Assembly: GCA_022843525.1 (NCBI GenBank)
Contig: JALHNR010000015.1
Span: forward strand, 1 to 24,283
Length of the DNA: 24,283 bases
Reading direction: 5' to 3'
DNA from: Methylocystis sp.
GTDB taxonomy: Bacteria; Pseudomonadota; Alphaproteobacteria; Rhizobiales; Beijerinckiaceae
Shown here: one piece after another, positions 23,973 to 24,283 of the stretch
Position numbering within the stretch: the stretch's first letter is position 1
Layout: each line of letters opens with the position of its first letter
Translations under genes and position numbers: made by a program
The notes under the pieces: model-generated
Told to the model about the DNA's origin: nothing
What the model saw: the letters and a program-made list of their open reading frames with translations, nothing else
Databases searched by the model: none

Positions 23973-24283
23973 CGGCAAGCCGGCCTTCACATCGTGCGTC
24001 ATGTAGCGGCTTTTCCATCCCGTAGGGACGAAGCGTAGCGGAGCGCCCGGAGGCCGCACGCGTTCTTCAAATAGCGCCGTAGTGAGGCCGGAGGGTGTGG
24101 GAAAGGCGCGGGCAAGAATCTAAGGGGGGGTCGGCAGCCTCGTCTCAATCTTCATGCCGCTGCGAACAATCCGAGGTCAACCGACGAACACGCCGGCACG
24201 CGAAGTCGACTAATCGGAATCGAGCCATCAGACTTGAAAGTGGAGCGCATCGTGTTTTTCGGAGGGGAGTGCAGGATAGGCTT

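Noticed and set aside
1-24283. CRISPR arrays, rRNA, tRNA
   Set aside because: I found no regularly spaced short direct repeats with unique spacers, no rRNA-like conserved blocks and no convincing tRNA cloverleaf candidates.

Overview
This is a high-GC window that looks alphaproteobacterial (Rhizobiales or methanotroph-like). It splits into two very different halves.

First half, about 0.6 to 11.1 kb: a compact set of intact genes.
- Five plus-strand genes form one cluster: a secreted 7-bladed YVTN beta-propeller protein, an ECF sigma factor, a short zinc-finger (ZAS) anti-sigma factor, a secreted two-domain multicopper oxidase, and a 621-aa secreted protein that fuses an N-terminal type-1 cupredoxin to a C-terminal YVTN beta-propeller.
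- Next come GTP cyclohydrolase I (folE), a quinol-dependent nitric-oxide reductase (qNorB/NorZ), a SirB2-like small membrane protein, and a convergent nnrS.
- I read this half as an NO and copper redox island. The ECF/ZAS-linked copper and beta-propeller module is the best candidate for an undescribed system.

Second half, about 11.1 to 24.3 kb: mostly a graveyard of decayed genes, with some intact ones.
- Decayed: a nitrile-hydratase beta/alpha remnant, a patatin remnant carrying a CAG-to-TAG change plus a frameshift, a split secreted protein, an outer-membrane-protein-like tail, a truncated second nnrS copy (a roughly 620-bp segmental duplication of the nnrS 5' end), a CueR/MerR C-terminal fragment, and a frameshifted SSB-like gene.
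- Intact: a second ECF sigma factor, DUF488, DUF2945 and an MFS transporter.
- The window ends with a plasmid- or ICE-like partition module: five GTTTG(T/C)CC-N-GG(A/G)CAAAC palindromes, a 14-bp perfect palindrome, a parA carrying a 1-nt frameshift and an in-frame TAG, and an intact, start/stop-overlapping parB.

Several short intergenic direct repeats and hairpins are also reported. I found no CRISPR array, rRNA or tRNA.
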